A stretch of DNA of 64,000 bases from Clostridia bacterium. GTDB taxonomy: Bacteria > Bacillota > Clostridia > Christensenellales > UBA1242. The notes under the pieces are model-generated. The model saw only the letters and a list, made by a program, of their open reading frames with translations, was not told the DNA's origin and searched no databases. The translations under genes and the position numbers were made by a program. Below, piece by piece: positions 32,001-40,687 of this stretch. How positions within the stretch are numbered: position 1 is the first letter of the stretch; each line of letters opens with the position of its first letter. The stretch is taken from assembly GCA_045534265.1 (NCBI GenBank), contig JAZSJH010000009.1:54531-118530 (forward strand), in the 5' to 3' direction.

Positions 32001-32817
32001 CAGACCTGTAGATATCGTTCTAAACCCACTAGGTATCCCTAGCCGTATGAACGTTGGTCAGGTTCTAGAAGTTCTACTTGGTAAGGTTGCAAGAGCCCTT
32101 GATTGGAAAGTTGCAATCCCAGTATTTGACTGCGCTAACGAAAAAGATATATTCACTCTACTTAATGAGTACAAACCAGAAATTGATGCTCACTACGGCA
32201 AAGACGTAGATGATATCGTTGATGGTAAGATGACTCTATATGATGGAAGAACTGGTGAGCCATTTGAAAACCGTGTTACAGTCGGCGTAATGTATATGAT
32301 TAAGCTCGACCACATGGTTGATAGCAAAATGCACGCTCGTTCAACTGGTCCATACTCACTTGTAACTCAACAACCTCTTGGCGGTAAAGCTATGTTTGGT
32401 GGACAAAGATTCGGTGAAATGGAAGTTTGGGCGCTTGAAGCGTATGGTGTATCAAAACTTCTACAAGAAATGCTAACTGTAAAATCAGATGATGTTACAG
32501 GTAGAAATAGAACATACGAAGCTATTGTAAAAGGTCAACCTATTGCAGAGCCAGGTGTTCCAGAATCATTTAAGGTTCTTGTCAAGGAACTTCAAAGCTT
32601 GTGCCTAGACATAAGAATCTTGAACGAAAACAAACAAGAAATCCCTATCGACGATCTAAATAAAGATTACGATGAGCCTGTTCCTTTCAATCCACCTAAA
32701 GAAAAGGTAGATGATGGTGAAGAAATAGACATTATCCCAGAAACCGAAGAAATTGTTACAGAAGAAGCAGTTTTTGAAAACTTTGATGATGACAGTTTGT
32801 TTGATGATATTGATTAA
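29065..32817 (+). CDS. rpoB: DNA-directed RNA polymerase subunit beta
   Basis: 1250 aa with hallmark beta-subunit motifs (GSNMQRQAVP, NYEDAI, GRHGNKGV, KMHARSTGPYS). AAGGAG RBS. Followed by rpoC. Confidence 0.98.
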   Translation: MVQSKPSIKNVMYGKVERKNFSKISEPIEMPYLLDVQKEAYKQFLERGIGEILEEFSPITDYSNKAEIYFTNYTLDQTSKYTREECMRKGVTYSVALKARARLVRKEDGEVIEQDVFLGDVPLMTEEGSFIFNGIQRVVVSQIVRSPSVYYETTQDDKTGKWLYKGTIIPTRGTWIEVEQNVNDLLKVVVDRSAKVSFGVFLKCFGYNAVQIAEMFGNDPLVVNTLAKETQQTQEEALIEFAKKTRPADIPSAEATHGFINDLFFSHRYYNLARVGRYKIDKKLSIATRITGQVAQKDINIGRKVVVKAGDLISAEVARDIQEAGINEVWVRAKDNKGQFMMDGKEFVGHKVIGNNRVHLSSIFPCDEEALGIKEMVHYPTLQSILKECKGRTQEETEDVIRENAKLLMGMQLTMDDIIATFSYHLGLNNGVGAIDNIDHLANRRIASVGELMAGAFRSGVNKLASVIKETLQAQDLSTINPSSIINARPINKALKDFLASSQLSQLMDQVNPISELTQKRKMSAVGPGGVKKERATAEVRDIHYSHYGRICALETPEGQGIGLITSIATYAKINEYGFLLSPYRVVDKANGVVTDKVVYLMADEEENCYMAQAIEPLDEQGRFINKRIICRHRDTVMEVPASQIDYVDVSPRQFISAATCLIPFLANDDTARAMMGSNMQRQAVPLLTTESPMIGTGMEYKIAVDSGAMILAKNPGFVTYVSGKEIKVKNDDGNTDVYTLMKFTKTNQDTCINQKPAVKKGQRVEKGDTIADGFSTQNGELALGKNMLIAYMNWEGYNYEDAILISERIVKEDIFTSITLKVEDIKARATKLGDEEITRDIPNLSEDALKNLDENGIIRVGAEVRPGDILVGKVTPKGETELTPEERLLRAIFGEKAREVRDTSLRVQHGHGGIVVDVQVFTRKNKDELEPGVNTMVKVFVAQKRKLSVGDKMAGRHGNKGVVSRVLPEADMPFMANGRPVDIVLNPLGIPSRMNVGQVLEVLLGKVARALDWKVAIPVFDCANEKDIFTLLNEYKPEIDAHYGKDVDDIVDGKMTLYDGRTGEPFENRVTVGVMYMIKLDHMVDSKMHARSTGPYSLVTQQPLGGKAMFGGQRFGEMEVWALEAYGVSKLLQEMLTVKSDDVTGRNRTYEAIVKGQPIAEPGVPESFKVLVKELQSLCLDIRILNENKQEIPIDDLNKDYDEPVPFNPPKEKVDDGEEIDIIPETEEIVTEEAVFENFDDDSLFDDID

Positions 32818-32834
32818 TAAGGAGAAAAGTGTAG

Positions 32835-35800
32835 ATGTTTGAATTAAACAATTTTGATTCAATGAAAATCGGTATAGCTTCACCAGAAAAAATTAGAGAA
32901 TGGAGCTATGGCGAAGTAACCAAACCTGAAACAATTAACTATCGTACTCAAAAACCAGAAAGAGATGGTCTATTCTGCGAAAGAATATTCGGACCTAGAA
33001 AAAACTGGGAATGCCATTGCGGTAAGTACAAAAGAGTTCGTTACAAAGGCGTTGTTTGCGACAAGTGCGGCGTTGAAGTAACACATTCTAAAGTTCGTAG
33101 AGAAAGAATGGGTCACATTGAACTTGCAACTCCTGTTTCACATATTTGGTTCTTTAGAGGGGTTCCATCAAGAATAGGTTCTATCCTTGATATTACTCCA
33201 AAACAACTAGAACAAGTACTTTACTATGTAAACTATATCGTTCTTGACCCAAAAGATACTATATTCCAATACAAACAAGTAATTACTGATAAAGAATATA
33301 GAGATGCTGTAGACGAATATGGCTACGACAAAGCCCCAAGAGTTGGTATGGGTGCTGAAGCCATCAAAGAACTTCTAAAAGCAATCGACCTTAAGAAAGA
33401 TGACGAAGAACTAAAAGAAATCGTTAAAACTTCTAAAGGACAAAAAAGACTAAAAGCTATCAAAAGATTAGAAATAGTAGAAGCTTTCCTAAAGAGTGAA
33501 AACAAACCTGAATGGATGGTACTAGATGTAATTCCAGTACTTCCACCAGATTTGCGTCCTATGGTTCAACTAGACGGTGGCAGATTTGCAACCAGCGACC
33601 TAAACGATCTATACAGAAGAGTAATCAACCGTAACAATCGTTTGAAAAAACTTGTTGAACTTGGCGCTCCTGATGTTATTATCAGAAACGAAAAGAGAAT
33701 GCTTCAAGAAGCAGTTGACGCTCTTATCGAAAATGGTAAGAGAGGTAAGGCTGTTCAAGGTCCAAAACAAAGAGACCTAAAGAGCTTGACTGCTATGCTT
33801 AGAGGTAAACAAGGTCGTTTCCGTCAAAACCTTCTTGGTAAACGTGTAGACTATTCTGGTCGTTCTGTTATCGTTGTTGGTCCAGAACTTAAGATTTACC
33901 AATGTGGTGTTCCAAAGGAAATGGCACTAGAACTATTCAAGCCTTTCATTATGAAAAAGCTTGTTGAACAAAATCAAACTTATAACATCAAAACAGCAAA
34001 GAGAATTATCGAAAGAGAAAAACCAATTGTTTGGGACGTACTAGATGAAGTTATCAAAGACCACCCAGTACTTCTAAACCGTGCCCCAACTCTTCACAGA
34101 CTTGGTGTACAAGCTTTCGAACCTGTTTTGGTTGAAGGTAGAGCTATTAAACTTCACCCACTAGTTTGCGTAGGATTCAACGCCGACTTCGACGGTGACC
34201 AAATGCCTATCCACGTTCCACTATCACTAGAGGCTAGAACAGAAGCTAGAATGATTATGCTAGCATCAAATAACGTTCTAAAACCTGCTGATGGTAAACC
34301 AGTTATGACACCAGCCCAAGATATCGTACTTGGTTGCTATTATCTAACAATAGAAAAACCAGGCGCTAAAAACGAAGGCAGTGCATATACTTGCGAAGAA
34401 GAAGCTATTATGGCTTACCAAACTAAAAACGTTGAACTTCAATCTAAGATTTATGTTAGAAAGAGCGCCGTTGTTAATGGTAAGACAATTACTGGTAGAG
34501 TTCCAACTACTGTTGGTAGAATACTATTTAATAGATGTATTCCACAAGATACAGGTATGGTTGACAGAAGTGTACCAGGAAATGAACTAAAATATGAAGT
34601 AGACTGCAAAGTAGGTAAGAAAGAACTTGGCAATATCGTATCTGCGGTATATGACAAATATGGTTCTACTGAAACTGTAGTTATGCTAGACAAAATTAAG
34701 GAGCTTGGTTACAAATACTCAACTATCGCTGCTATTACAATTAACGTTTTTGATATGAAAGAACCACCAGAAAAAGCAACAATCGTTGCCGAAGCTGACC
34801 AAAAAGTTCTTGCTAACGAAAAAGCATATAGAATGGGTATTATGTCACTTGACGAAAAAGTTAACAAAAACGTTGCCATCTGGAACGAAGCTACAAACAA
34901 AGTTAAAGATGCCGTTCTTGCTAACCTTGAAGACCTAAACCCAATCAAGATGATGGCTATATCTGGTGCCCGTGGTAACCCAGGACAAATCAACCAATTG
35001 TGTGGTATGCGTGGTGTTATGGCTAGTGCATCAGGTCAAAAGATAGACATTCCGGTTAAGGCTTGCTTTAGATCAGGTCTTACACCTATTGACTACTTCC
35101 TATCATCTCGTGGTGGACGTAAAGGTCTTGCCGATACAGCGCTTAAAACAGCTGACTCTGGTTACCTTACTCGTCGTCTTGTTGACGTTGCTCAAGACGT
35201 TGTTATCAACGAAATTGACTGCTTCGAAACACTTGGCGAAAAGACAAAAGGTTTAGTTGTTACAGATATTATTGAAGACGGAACAGTTATCGAAACACTA
35301 GAAGACAGAATCTCTGGACGTGTTGCTGTAAATGACGTTGTTGATCCAAAGACAAAAGAAGTTTTGGCTAAAGCTAACGAAATGATTACTCCAGCTCAAG
35401 CAAAAGCTATTGTTAAAGCCGGTATCAAAGCTGTTGAAATTAGAACAGCACTTACTTGTAAATCTAAACATGGCGTTTGTGCAAAATGTTATGGTAGAAA
35501 CATGGCTAATAACAAGATGGTTCAAATCGGTGAAGCAGTTGGTACAATCGCTGCTCAATCTATCGGTGAACCAGGTACTCAGCTTACAATGAGAACCTTC
35601 CACACTGGTGGTGTTGCATCTGCTGCTGATATCACAAAAGGTCTTCCTCGTGTAGAAGAAATCTTTGAAGCTAGAAGACCAAAAGGTGAAGCTATCATCT
35701 CTGAAGTTGCAGGTAAGATTACTGTTGAAGAAGATGGCGAAATCTATAAAATTATCGTTGCATCATCTGATGGCGATATCGAATACAAAACTCCACCTAA

Positions 35801-36419
35801 AAACAAAACTGTTCTTGCAGTTAAGACTGGTGATGTAGTTGAAGTTGGACAATGCTTGACATCTGGTTCTATTTATCCAAATGATATCCTAAGAGTTAGA
35901 GGTCTAAAGGGTGTTCAAGAATACTTGCTTAAAGAAGTTTTGGAAGTTTATAGATTACAAGACGTTAGAATTAACGCAAAACACATTGAAATTATCATTA
36001 GACAAATGCTTCGTAAGGTTAGAATCGAAAACCCAGGCGACACAGAACTTCTTCCTGGCGATTTGATTGACCTATATAGACTAGAAGAAGCAAACAACGA
36101 AGTTCTTGCAAAAGGTGGCGTTCCTGCTGTTGCTAAGAGAATACTTCTTGGTATCACAAAAGCATCACTTTCTGTAGAATCATTCTTGTCTGCTGCATCA
36201 TTCCAAGAAACATCAAGCGTTCTTACAGAAGCTGCTATCAAAGGTAAAGTTGACCCACTTATCGGTCTAAAAGAAAATATCATTATCGGTAAGAGAATTC
36301 CTGCTGGTACTGGTATGAAATGTTACAGAAACATTTATCCAGAAGTAACTAAAGAAGAAAATGTTTATGCTGGAGTAGAAGATGCTCTAGAATCTTCAAA
36401 CGAAGAAGAACTATTCTAA
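32835..36419 (+). CDS. rpoC: DNA-directed RNA polymerase subunit beta'
   Basis: 1194 aa. Zinc-binding CHCGKYK...CDKCGVEV, catalytic NADFDGDQM and the [11 protein letters not shown] motif. AAGGAG RBS. Confidence 0.98.
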   Translation: MFELNNFDSMKIGIASPEKIREWSYGEVTKPETINYRTQKPERDGLFCERIFGPRKNWECHCGKYKRVRYKGVVCDKCGVEVTHSKVRRERMGHIELATPVSHIWFFRGVPSRIGSILDITPKQLEQVLYYVNYIVLDPKDTIFQYKQVITDKEYRDAVDEYGYDKAPRVGMGAEAIKELLKAIDLKKDDEELKEIVKTSKGQKRLKAIKRLEIVEAFLKSENKPEWMVLDVIPVLPPDLRPMVQLDGGRFATSDLNDLYRRVINRNNRLKKLVELGAPDVIIRNEKRMLQEAVDALIENGKRGKAVQGPKQRDLKSLTAMLRGKQGRFRQNLLGKRVDYSGRSVIVVGPELKIYQCGVPKEMALELFKPFIMKKLVEQNQTYNIKTAKRIIEREKPIVWDVLDEVIKDHPVLLNRAPTLHRLGVQAFEPVLVEGRAIKLHPLVCVGFNADFDGDQMPIHVPLSLEARTEARMIMLASNNVLKPADGKPVMTPAQDIVLGCYYLTIEKPGAKNEGSAYTCEEEAIMAYQTKNVELQSKIYVRKSAVVNGKTITGRVPTTVGRILFNRCIPQDTGMVDRSVPGNELKYEVDCKVGKKELGNIVSAVYDKYGSTETVVMLDKIKELGYKYSTIAAITINVFDMKEPPEKATIVAEADQKVLANEKAYRMGIMSLDEKVNKNVAIWNEATNKVKDAVLANLEDLNPIKMMAISGARGNPGQINQLCGMRGVMASASGQKIDIPVKACFRSGLTPIDYFLSSRGGRKGLADTALKTADSGYLTRRLVDVAQDVVINEIDCFETLGEKTKGLVVTDIIEDGTVIETLEDRISGRVAVNDVVDPKTKEVLAKANEMITPAQAKAIVKAGIKAVEIRTALTCKSKHGVCAKCYGRNMANNKMVQIGEAVGTIAAQSIGEPGTQLTMRTFHTGGVASAADITKGLPRVEEIFEARRPKGEAIISEVAGKITVEEDGEIYKIIVASSDGDIEYKTPPKNKTVLAVKTGDVVEVGQCLTSGSIYPNDILRVRGLKGVQEYLLKEVLEVYRLQDVRINAKHIEIIIRQMLRKVRIENPGDTELLPGDLIDLYRLEEANNEVLAKGGVPAVAKRILLGITKASLSVESFLSAASFQETSSVLTEAAIKGKVDPLIGLKENIIIGKRIPAGTGMKCYRNIYPEVTKEENVYAGVEDALESSNEEELF

Positions 36420-36423
36420 TATC

Positions 36424-36456
36424 AAAAACAAGGACTAATTTAGTCCTTGTTTTTTT
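36424..36456 (+). terminator. Intrinsic terminator after rpoC
   Basis: acaaggacta / att / tagtccttgt 10-bp stem flanked by an A-run and T6. Confidence 0.85.
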
Positions 36457-36573
36457 AATCAAATCACATATAAATAAAAATTATATTAAAACATTTGACA
36501 AAGCAACTGGGAGGGGTAAACTATATTATATAAGAATATAATGAATAAAATTATAAAGAGATAGGAGATGTTT

Positions 36574-37646
36574 ATGAAAAAAATATTTAGTCTTATTTTA
36601 GCCGTTTGTTTATTGCCAACGATATTATTTTCGAGCGGCTGTGGATGCTCTCCAGAAGACCAGAAGAATCTGTGTATGAACTATCTGCAGATGGCAAATA
36701 TGTATACTTTGGTATGTATCCACAAAGTATCAAGGACGAAAGTGTAACTATCGCAAGTGAAACTCCAGATGCAGACGGATATTACTTAGGTAGTGATGGA
36801 GCAAAGTATCTAAAACACACATTTGTTATTGACGAAGATGTTATGGGGTATACTACTCAACAAATCTATGATTTTGAATTTACAAAAACGTCAAATGGCA
36901 CAATAATGCAAGATGGACAAGATTATTATTTTAAGATGGAAAAACTTAAATGGCGTATTTTGAGTCAAAAAGATGGATCGGCTCTTATTGTGTGCGACAA
37001 TGTTGTTTATGCAACACTATATCAACCAAACCACGCATTCGATTCAAATAATTACAAGCATTACCTAACAGATGCCGAAGGTAATTTTATATATGGAGAA
37101 GACGGTACAACAAAACTCTATGCAAATAATTATAAATACAGCGAGCTTCGTAGATTTTTGGTCAATGACTTTTATAATACGGCGTTTTCTACAGAAGAAA
37201 AAAGAATTATTAAGCTAACAGAAGTAGATAATAGTGCAAGTACAACAGCAATTCCAACAAATCCATATATCTGCGAAAATACGAGCGACTATGTTTTTGC
37301 ACTATCATATGCAGACTTTATTAATACAGAATATGGATTTAACGCAACATTAAACTCTCGAGACTTTTCTCGTAGTTGGTATAATACAGACTATGCCAAA
37401 GCTACGGGGGCTATTAGTTTGACCGAAGCCTATTGTGTTAATAGTCTTGGTTTTGAAATAGGGAGTGACAATTACAGTGTATATACTCCATACTTTGACA
37501 CAACAACAATGTGGCTTCGTTCACCTGATGGTTATAGTATAGGTAATATGGTATATGCAGTAAGTAACGGAATCCCTATGAATAATCGTTGTATTGTCTA
37601 CGACACTTTGAACGGGGCGCTTCCCGCTTTGCGAATTGCCTTATAA
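36574..37646 (+). pseudogene. Lipoprotein gene (DUF6273-like 'WLRSP...PALRI' family) frameshifted by an 8-bp tandem duplication
   Basis: AGGAG RBS plus the ATG at 36574 gives MKKIFSLILAVCLLPTILFSSGCGCSPE..., a signal peptide with a lipobox-like SSGC. That frame stops at 36747. The body (track ORF 36606..37646) is in another frame. Deleting one copy of CCAGAAGA (36652-59 / 36660-67) joins them as ...GCGCSPEESVYELSADGKYVYFGMYPQS.... The body carries motifs I recall from DUF6273 (ELRRFLVNDFYNTAFSTEEK, VFALSYADF, MWLRSPDG, LPALRIAL). Confidence 0.75.
36652..36667 (+). repeat. Perfect 8-bp tandem duplication CCAGAAGA-CCAGAAGA
   Basis: Read directly: tccagaagaccagaagaatc. The +8 nt shifts the reading frame just after the lipobox. 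Confidence 0.95.
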
Positions 37647-37839
37647 AATTGTGTTTTGAAATCTTAAAGAATTGCCTATTTTTAGCGGGGTATAGCCTAA
37701 AAAATAATAAAAAATATTTTACAAAAAGGTATTTACAAATGCGTAAAAATATGTTATTATTAGGCATACATAAATAAGATATTAGTTAAGTATCTTTTGT
37801 ATATCTTGATTTATTTCAAGTGTAAAAGGAGAATTTAAT

Positions 37840-37989
37840 ATGACAATAGTTTTAACAAATGGTGCTGAGGCAAGAGAATATATGGATAGAATCGAAAGAC
37901 TTGGCGGAGAGATTACTCCTGAAGTAGCGGAAGCTGTTTCTCAAAGAGAAGCTGTAAAAGCTGCAAGAGAAGAAGGAATGGCTCAATAG
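37840..37989 (+). CDS. Small hypothetical protein, 49 aa (not in the ORF track)
   Basis: AAAGGAG RBS 5-6 nt upstream of the ATG. Sequence MTIVLTNGAEAREYMDRIERLGGEITPEVAEAVSQREAVKAAREEGMAQ. Upstream promoter TTTACA-17-TATTAT with TGt (37732-60). Terminator directly downstream. Confidence 0.55.
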   Translation: MTIVLTNGAEAREYMDRIERLGGEITPEVAEAVSQREAVKAAREEGMAQ

Positions 37990-38014
37990 TTAAAATAATT
38001 TATGTACCCAAAAG

Positions 38015-38040
38015 TTGCGGCAGGAGTGCCGCAATTTTTT
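38015..38040 (+). terminator. Intrinsic terminator after the 49-aa ORF
   Basis: ttgcggca / ggag / tgccgcaa 8-bp GC-rich stem followed by T6. Confidence 0.8.
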
Positions 38041-38269
38041 GTTTTATAGGGTTTTTTGTTTATATGTCATAATTAAATATCATTTTGGATATAATTAATA
38101 TTGCTAATAAATATAACTACATATCTTTGAGTTTTGTAGAGTAAAAGATTAGTTTTTTATGATAAAAACCTGTTTTGTAAAATAAAATAAAAAATGTTTG
38201 GCGAATTGTTTTACAAAATGGATTTTTTTGTGTTATAGTTATAATGTAAAATTATTGGCGGAGAGTATT

Positions 38270-38551
38270 ATGAACTTTATTTATCCAGCATTATTTATAA
38301 AAGATCCAGAAGAAGATTGCTACCTAGTTGCATTTGATGATATCGCAGTTTTTTGTCAAGAAGACACTGTAGAAAAGGCATTTTTGGAAGCTAAATCTCT
38401 TTTGAAACAATATATTAAGTTGTCTTATGAAGAATATGGCGAAGTTATGGAAAAACCAAGAACTTATGAGCAATCTGTTGAGTTCCACAAAAAGGGCAAA
38501 GGTTTTGTTTTGCTTGTTGACGCTGAACTTAAGATTACTCAAAATGCTTAA
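38270..38551 (+). CDS. HicB-like antitoxin-fold protein (N-terminal domain only), 93 aa
   Basis: GGAGAG RBS plus the ATG at 38270. MNFIYPALFIKDPEEDCYLVAFDDIAVFCQEDTVEKAFLEAKSLLKQYI... matches the HicB/UPF0150 pattern (Y-P-a-x-f...dgg-y-v-x-fPD-l-p-g-c-x-t-x-G-d-t-x-e-E-A). Promoter TTACAA-17-TATAGT with TGt (38211-39). Confidence 0.6.
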   Translation: MNFIYPALFIKDPEEDCYLVAFDDIAVFCQEDTVEKAFLEAKSLLKQYIKLSYEEYGEVMEKPRTYEQSVEFHKKGKGFVLLVDAELKITQNA

Positions 38552-38562
38552 TTTGTAATTTA

Positions 38563-38593
38563 CAAAACTCCAGAGATGGGGTTTTGTTTTTTT
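38563..38593 (+). terminator. Intrinsic terminator after the HicB-like gene
   Basis: caaaactcca / gaga / tggggttttg stem (with G-U pairs) followed by a T-run. Confidence 0.7.
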
Positions 38594-38665
38594 ATTTGTG
38601 AGACTTTGTAAAATTATTGCCAAAGCGTATAAAATAAGGTATAATACAAATATAGGAGTTATTTT

Positions 38666-39229
38666 ATGGGACTATTTTCAAGACCACAACCAAAAGAAGT
38701 TGTTGATATTTATAATAACGACAGATTTAGCGATTTTAAGAGAATTTTGCATTTTTACATAATAGCAGGGGATAAATGCCTTGTAAAATTCCATAGTTTT
38801 GATGCTGCAGAACACAAGAGCTTATATGACGCTCCAATTATCGCCGAAATCGCGAAAGGCAAGTCTTACTATGATGTATTCAAAGAAATGTATAAAGTAT
38901 GTACAGGCGTTGAATACAAGGACGAAAAAGCCCATTCAGGTGCTAGAGATATTGTAGAACCAAAAGTTATAATTGATACCAAAAACAAAGTTCTTACTTA
39001 TATACTATTTATCAAAGATTGTGATAAGGTTAATACTACAAATATTCCTACCAATAAATTTATATTTGACTATATTAATGTAAATGAATTTTTGACTACT
39101 GTATACTCTACAAAGTATGTAAATTATGGTGATGCATATAGGGAATTTATTGTATTTGCAGTTAGCCAATTGTTTAATATTGGGGATTATATAAAAACCC
39201 TAAAATACACTTCAAATCAAGAAAGCTAA
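38666..39229 (+). CDS. Hypothetical protein, 187 aa, no recognisable motif
   Basis: AGGAG RBS 7 nt upstream of the ATG. Own promoter TTGCCA-17-TATAAT (38617-45) and own terminator. Confidence 0.7.
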   Translation: MGLFSRPQPKEVVDIYNNDRFSDFKRILHFYIIAGDKCLVKFHSFDAAEHKSLYDAPIIAEIAKGKSYYDVFKEMYKVCTGVEYKDEKAHSGARDIVEPKVIIDTKNKVLTYILFIKDCDKVNTTNIPTNKFIFDYINVNEFLTTVYSTKYVNYGDAYREFIVFAVSQLFNIGDYIKTLKYTSNQES

Positions 39230-39240
39230 AATATACTAAA

Positions 39241-39266
39241 ACGCAGGAAAAACCTGCGTTTTTTTG
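39241..39266 (+). terminator. Intrinsic terminator after the 187-aa ORF
   Basis: acgcagg / aaaaa / cctgcgt stem followed by T7. Confidence 0.8.
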
Positions 39267-39298
39267 TGTAAAAATATGTATTTTTTTTGAATAAAGCA

Positions 39299-39327
39299 TT
39301 GACAAGGGTGACGCTTTTTGGTACAAT
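39299..39327 (+). promoter_or_regulatory. Promoter of the ybxF-rpsL-rpsG-fusA (str) operon
   Basis: TTGACA (39299-304), a 17-nt spacer, then TACAAT (39322-27), preceded by TGg. Confidence 0.65.
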
Positions 39328-39404
39328 ACTATCGTTATACAATCAAGATTATGTCCTCTTGATTTTGAGGGCATAATTATTTTGTGTAAAAAAAGGGAAA
39401 TCTT

Positions 39405-39671
39405 ATGTCAAAAACATTTGAAAAAGATTTAGCAAAGGTGGTTGTTGAGTCCCCAAAAACCGTTGGTTGGAAGGAAACTCAAAAGGCCATCAAAAATGGT
39501 ACTATAAATTTGGTAATAGTATCTACAAATATCGATAGCTCACTTGAGAAGGTAATTCTAACAGAATGCTCTACTAACAACATTTCTGTTAAGAGAGCAT
39601 TTACCAAACAAGACCTTGGTAAGCTTGCCTGTCTTGAGGTATCTTGTGCGGTTGTCGGTATTTTGAAATAG
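39405..39671 (+). CDS. ybxF: Ribosomal protein L7Ae-family protein (YbxF/RplGB-like)
   Basis: 88 aa. L7Ae-like core (GTINLVIVSTNID...). It sits directly upstream of rpsL, as ybxF does in Bacillus. Confidence 0.7.
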   Translation: MSKTFEKDLAKVVVESPKTVGWKETQKAIKNGTINLVIVSTNIDSSLEKVILTECSTNNISVKRAFTKQDLGKLACLEVSCAVVGILK

Positions 39672-39749
39672 TTTGTAGCTATTTCAGGGACTTTCCTGAT
39701 TGACATAAATTGGAAAAGTTCACCAAAAATCTAGAAAGGAGGAAACAGT

Positions 39750-40121
39750 ATGCCTACAATTAACCAATTAGTTAGACACGGAAGAACAAAGGTAGAGAAA
39801 AAATCTCAATCACCTATCCTAAACGAATGTCCTCAAAAAAGAGGTGTTTGCCTATCTGTTACAACTACTTCACCTAAAAAGCCTAACTCAGCTTTGAGAA
39901 AAATCGCAAGAGTAAGACTTTCTTCTGGTGCAGAAGGTACAACTTACATTCCTGGTGAAGGTCACAACCTTCAAGAACACAGCGTAGTTCTTATTCGTGG
40001 TGGTAAGGTTAAAGACTTGCCAGGTGTTCGTTATCACATTATTCGTGGAACACTTGATACTGCTGGGGTTGCTAAGAGAAAACAAGCCCGTTCTAAGTAT
40101 GGTGCTAAAAAACCTAAGTAA
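39750..40121 (+). CDS. rpsL: 30S ribosomal protein S12
   Basis: [12 protein letters not shown]...[10 protein letters not shown]...[27 protein letters not shown]. Confidence 0.98.
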   Translation: MPTINQLVRHGRTKVEKKSQSPILNECPQKRGVCLSVTTTSPKKPNSALRKIARVRLSSGAEGTTYIPGEGHNLQEHSVVLIRGGKVKDLPGVRYHIIRGTLDTAGVAKRKQARSKYGAKKPK

Positions 40122-40177
40122 TCTATCTTCCAAATAACTTTTGGATGAACTTTTTTGAAACTATAAAGGAGGAAATT

Positions 40178-40651
40178 ATGCCAAGAAGAAAGTGCTCTGT
40201 AAAAAGAGAAGTTTTGCCAGATCCAATTTACAATTCAACAGTTGTTACTAAACTTATCAACCAAGTAATGGTAGATGGCAAAAGAGGAATTGCTCAAAAC
40301 ATCGTTTATGATGCTTTTAATATTTTGAAAGAAAAAACAGGCGAAGACGCTATGACAGTTTTCACTCAAGCAATCGAAAATGTAAAACCTTTGCTTGAAA
40401 CAAAAGCTCGTAGAGTTGGTGGTGCTACATATCAAGTACCAATGGAAATCAGACCTGATAGAAGACAAACTCTAGCAATCAGATGGATTGTTATGTTCGC
40501 AAGAAAAAGAGGCGGAGAAAAAGAAATGAACAAAAAACTTGCTTCTGAACTACTTGACGCATACAACAACGCTGGTGGCGCTGTTAAGAGAAGAGACGAA
40601 ATGCATAGAATGGCTGAAGCTAACAAAGCTTTCGCTCACTACAAATGGTAA
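40178..40651 (+). CDS. rpsG: 30S ribosomal protein S7
   Basis: [20 protein letters not shown]... begins at the ATG at 40178, after AAGGAGG. The track start at 40145 adds 11 non-homologous residues. Confidence 0.97.
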   Translation: MPRRKCSVKREVLPDPIYNSTVVTKLINQVMVDGKRGIAQNIVYDAFNILKEKTGEDAMTVFTQAIENVKPLLETKARRVGGATYQVPMEIRPDRRQTLAIRWIVMFARKRGGEKEMNKKLASELLDAYNNAGGAVKRRDEMHRMAEANKAFAHYKW

Positions 40652-40687
40652 TATATTACTAATTAAAAATAAATTAAGGAGAAAACC

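Noticed and set aside
30122-36283. Internal or antisense ORFs within rpoB and rpoC (e.g. 30122..30388, 30148..30384, 34709..34993, 35298..35603, 35948..36283), and similar ones inside fusA, tuf, trpS, uvrC, dnaE, holB and yaaT
   Set aside because: They are embedded in highly conserved housekeeping CDSs and have no translation signals.
36606-36650. TTG at 36606 as the start of the 346-aa ORF
   Set aside because: It lies inside the codons of an upstream signal peptide in another frame and has no RBS. The 8-bp duplication explains the frame break better.
37576-37777. ORFs 37576..37767 (-) and 37589..37777 (+) spanning the end of the lipoprotein gene and the intergenic region
   Set aside because: They have no RBS, overlap the promoter of the 49-aa gene, and give low-complexity translations.
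38324-38623. 99-aa minus-strand ORF antisense to the HicB-like gene (a possible toxin partner)
   Set aside because: It overlaps the sense CDS and its terminator completely and has no RBS. The translation is a low-complexity mirror of the AT-rich sense strand.
39174-39374. 66-aa minus-strand ORF
   Set aside because: It runs through the terminator of the 187-aa gene and through the str promoter. It has no RBS.
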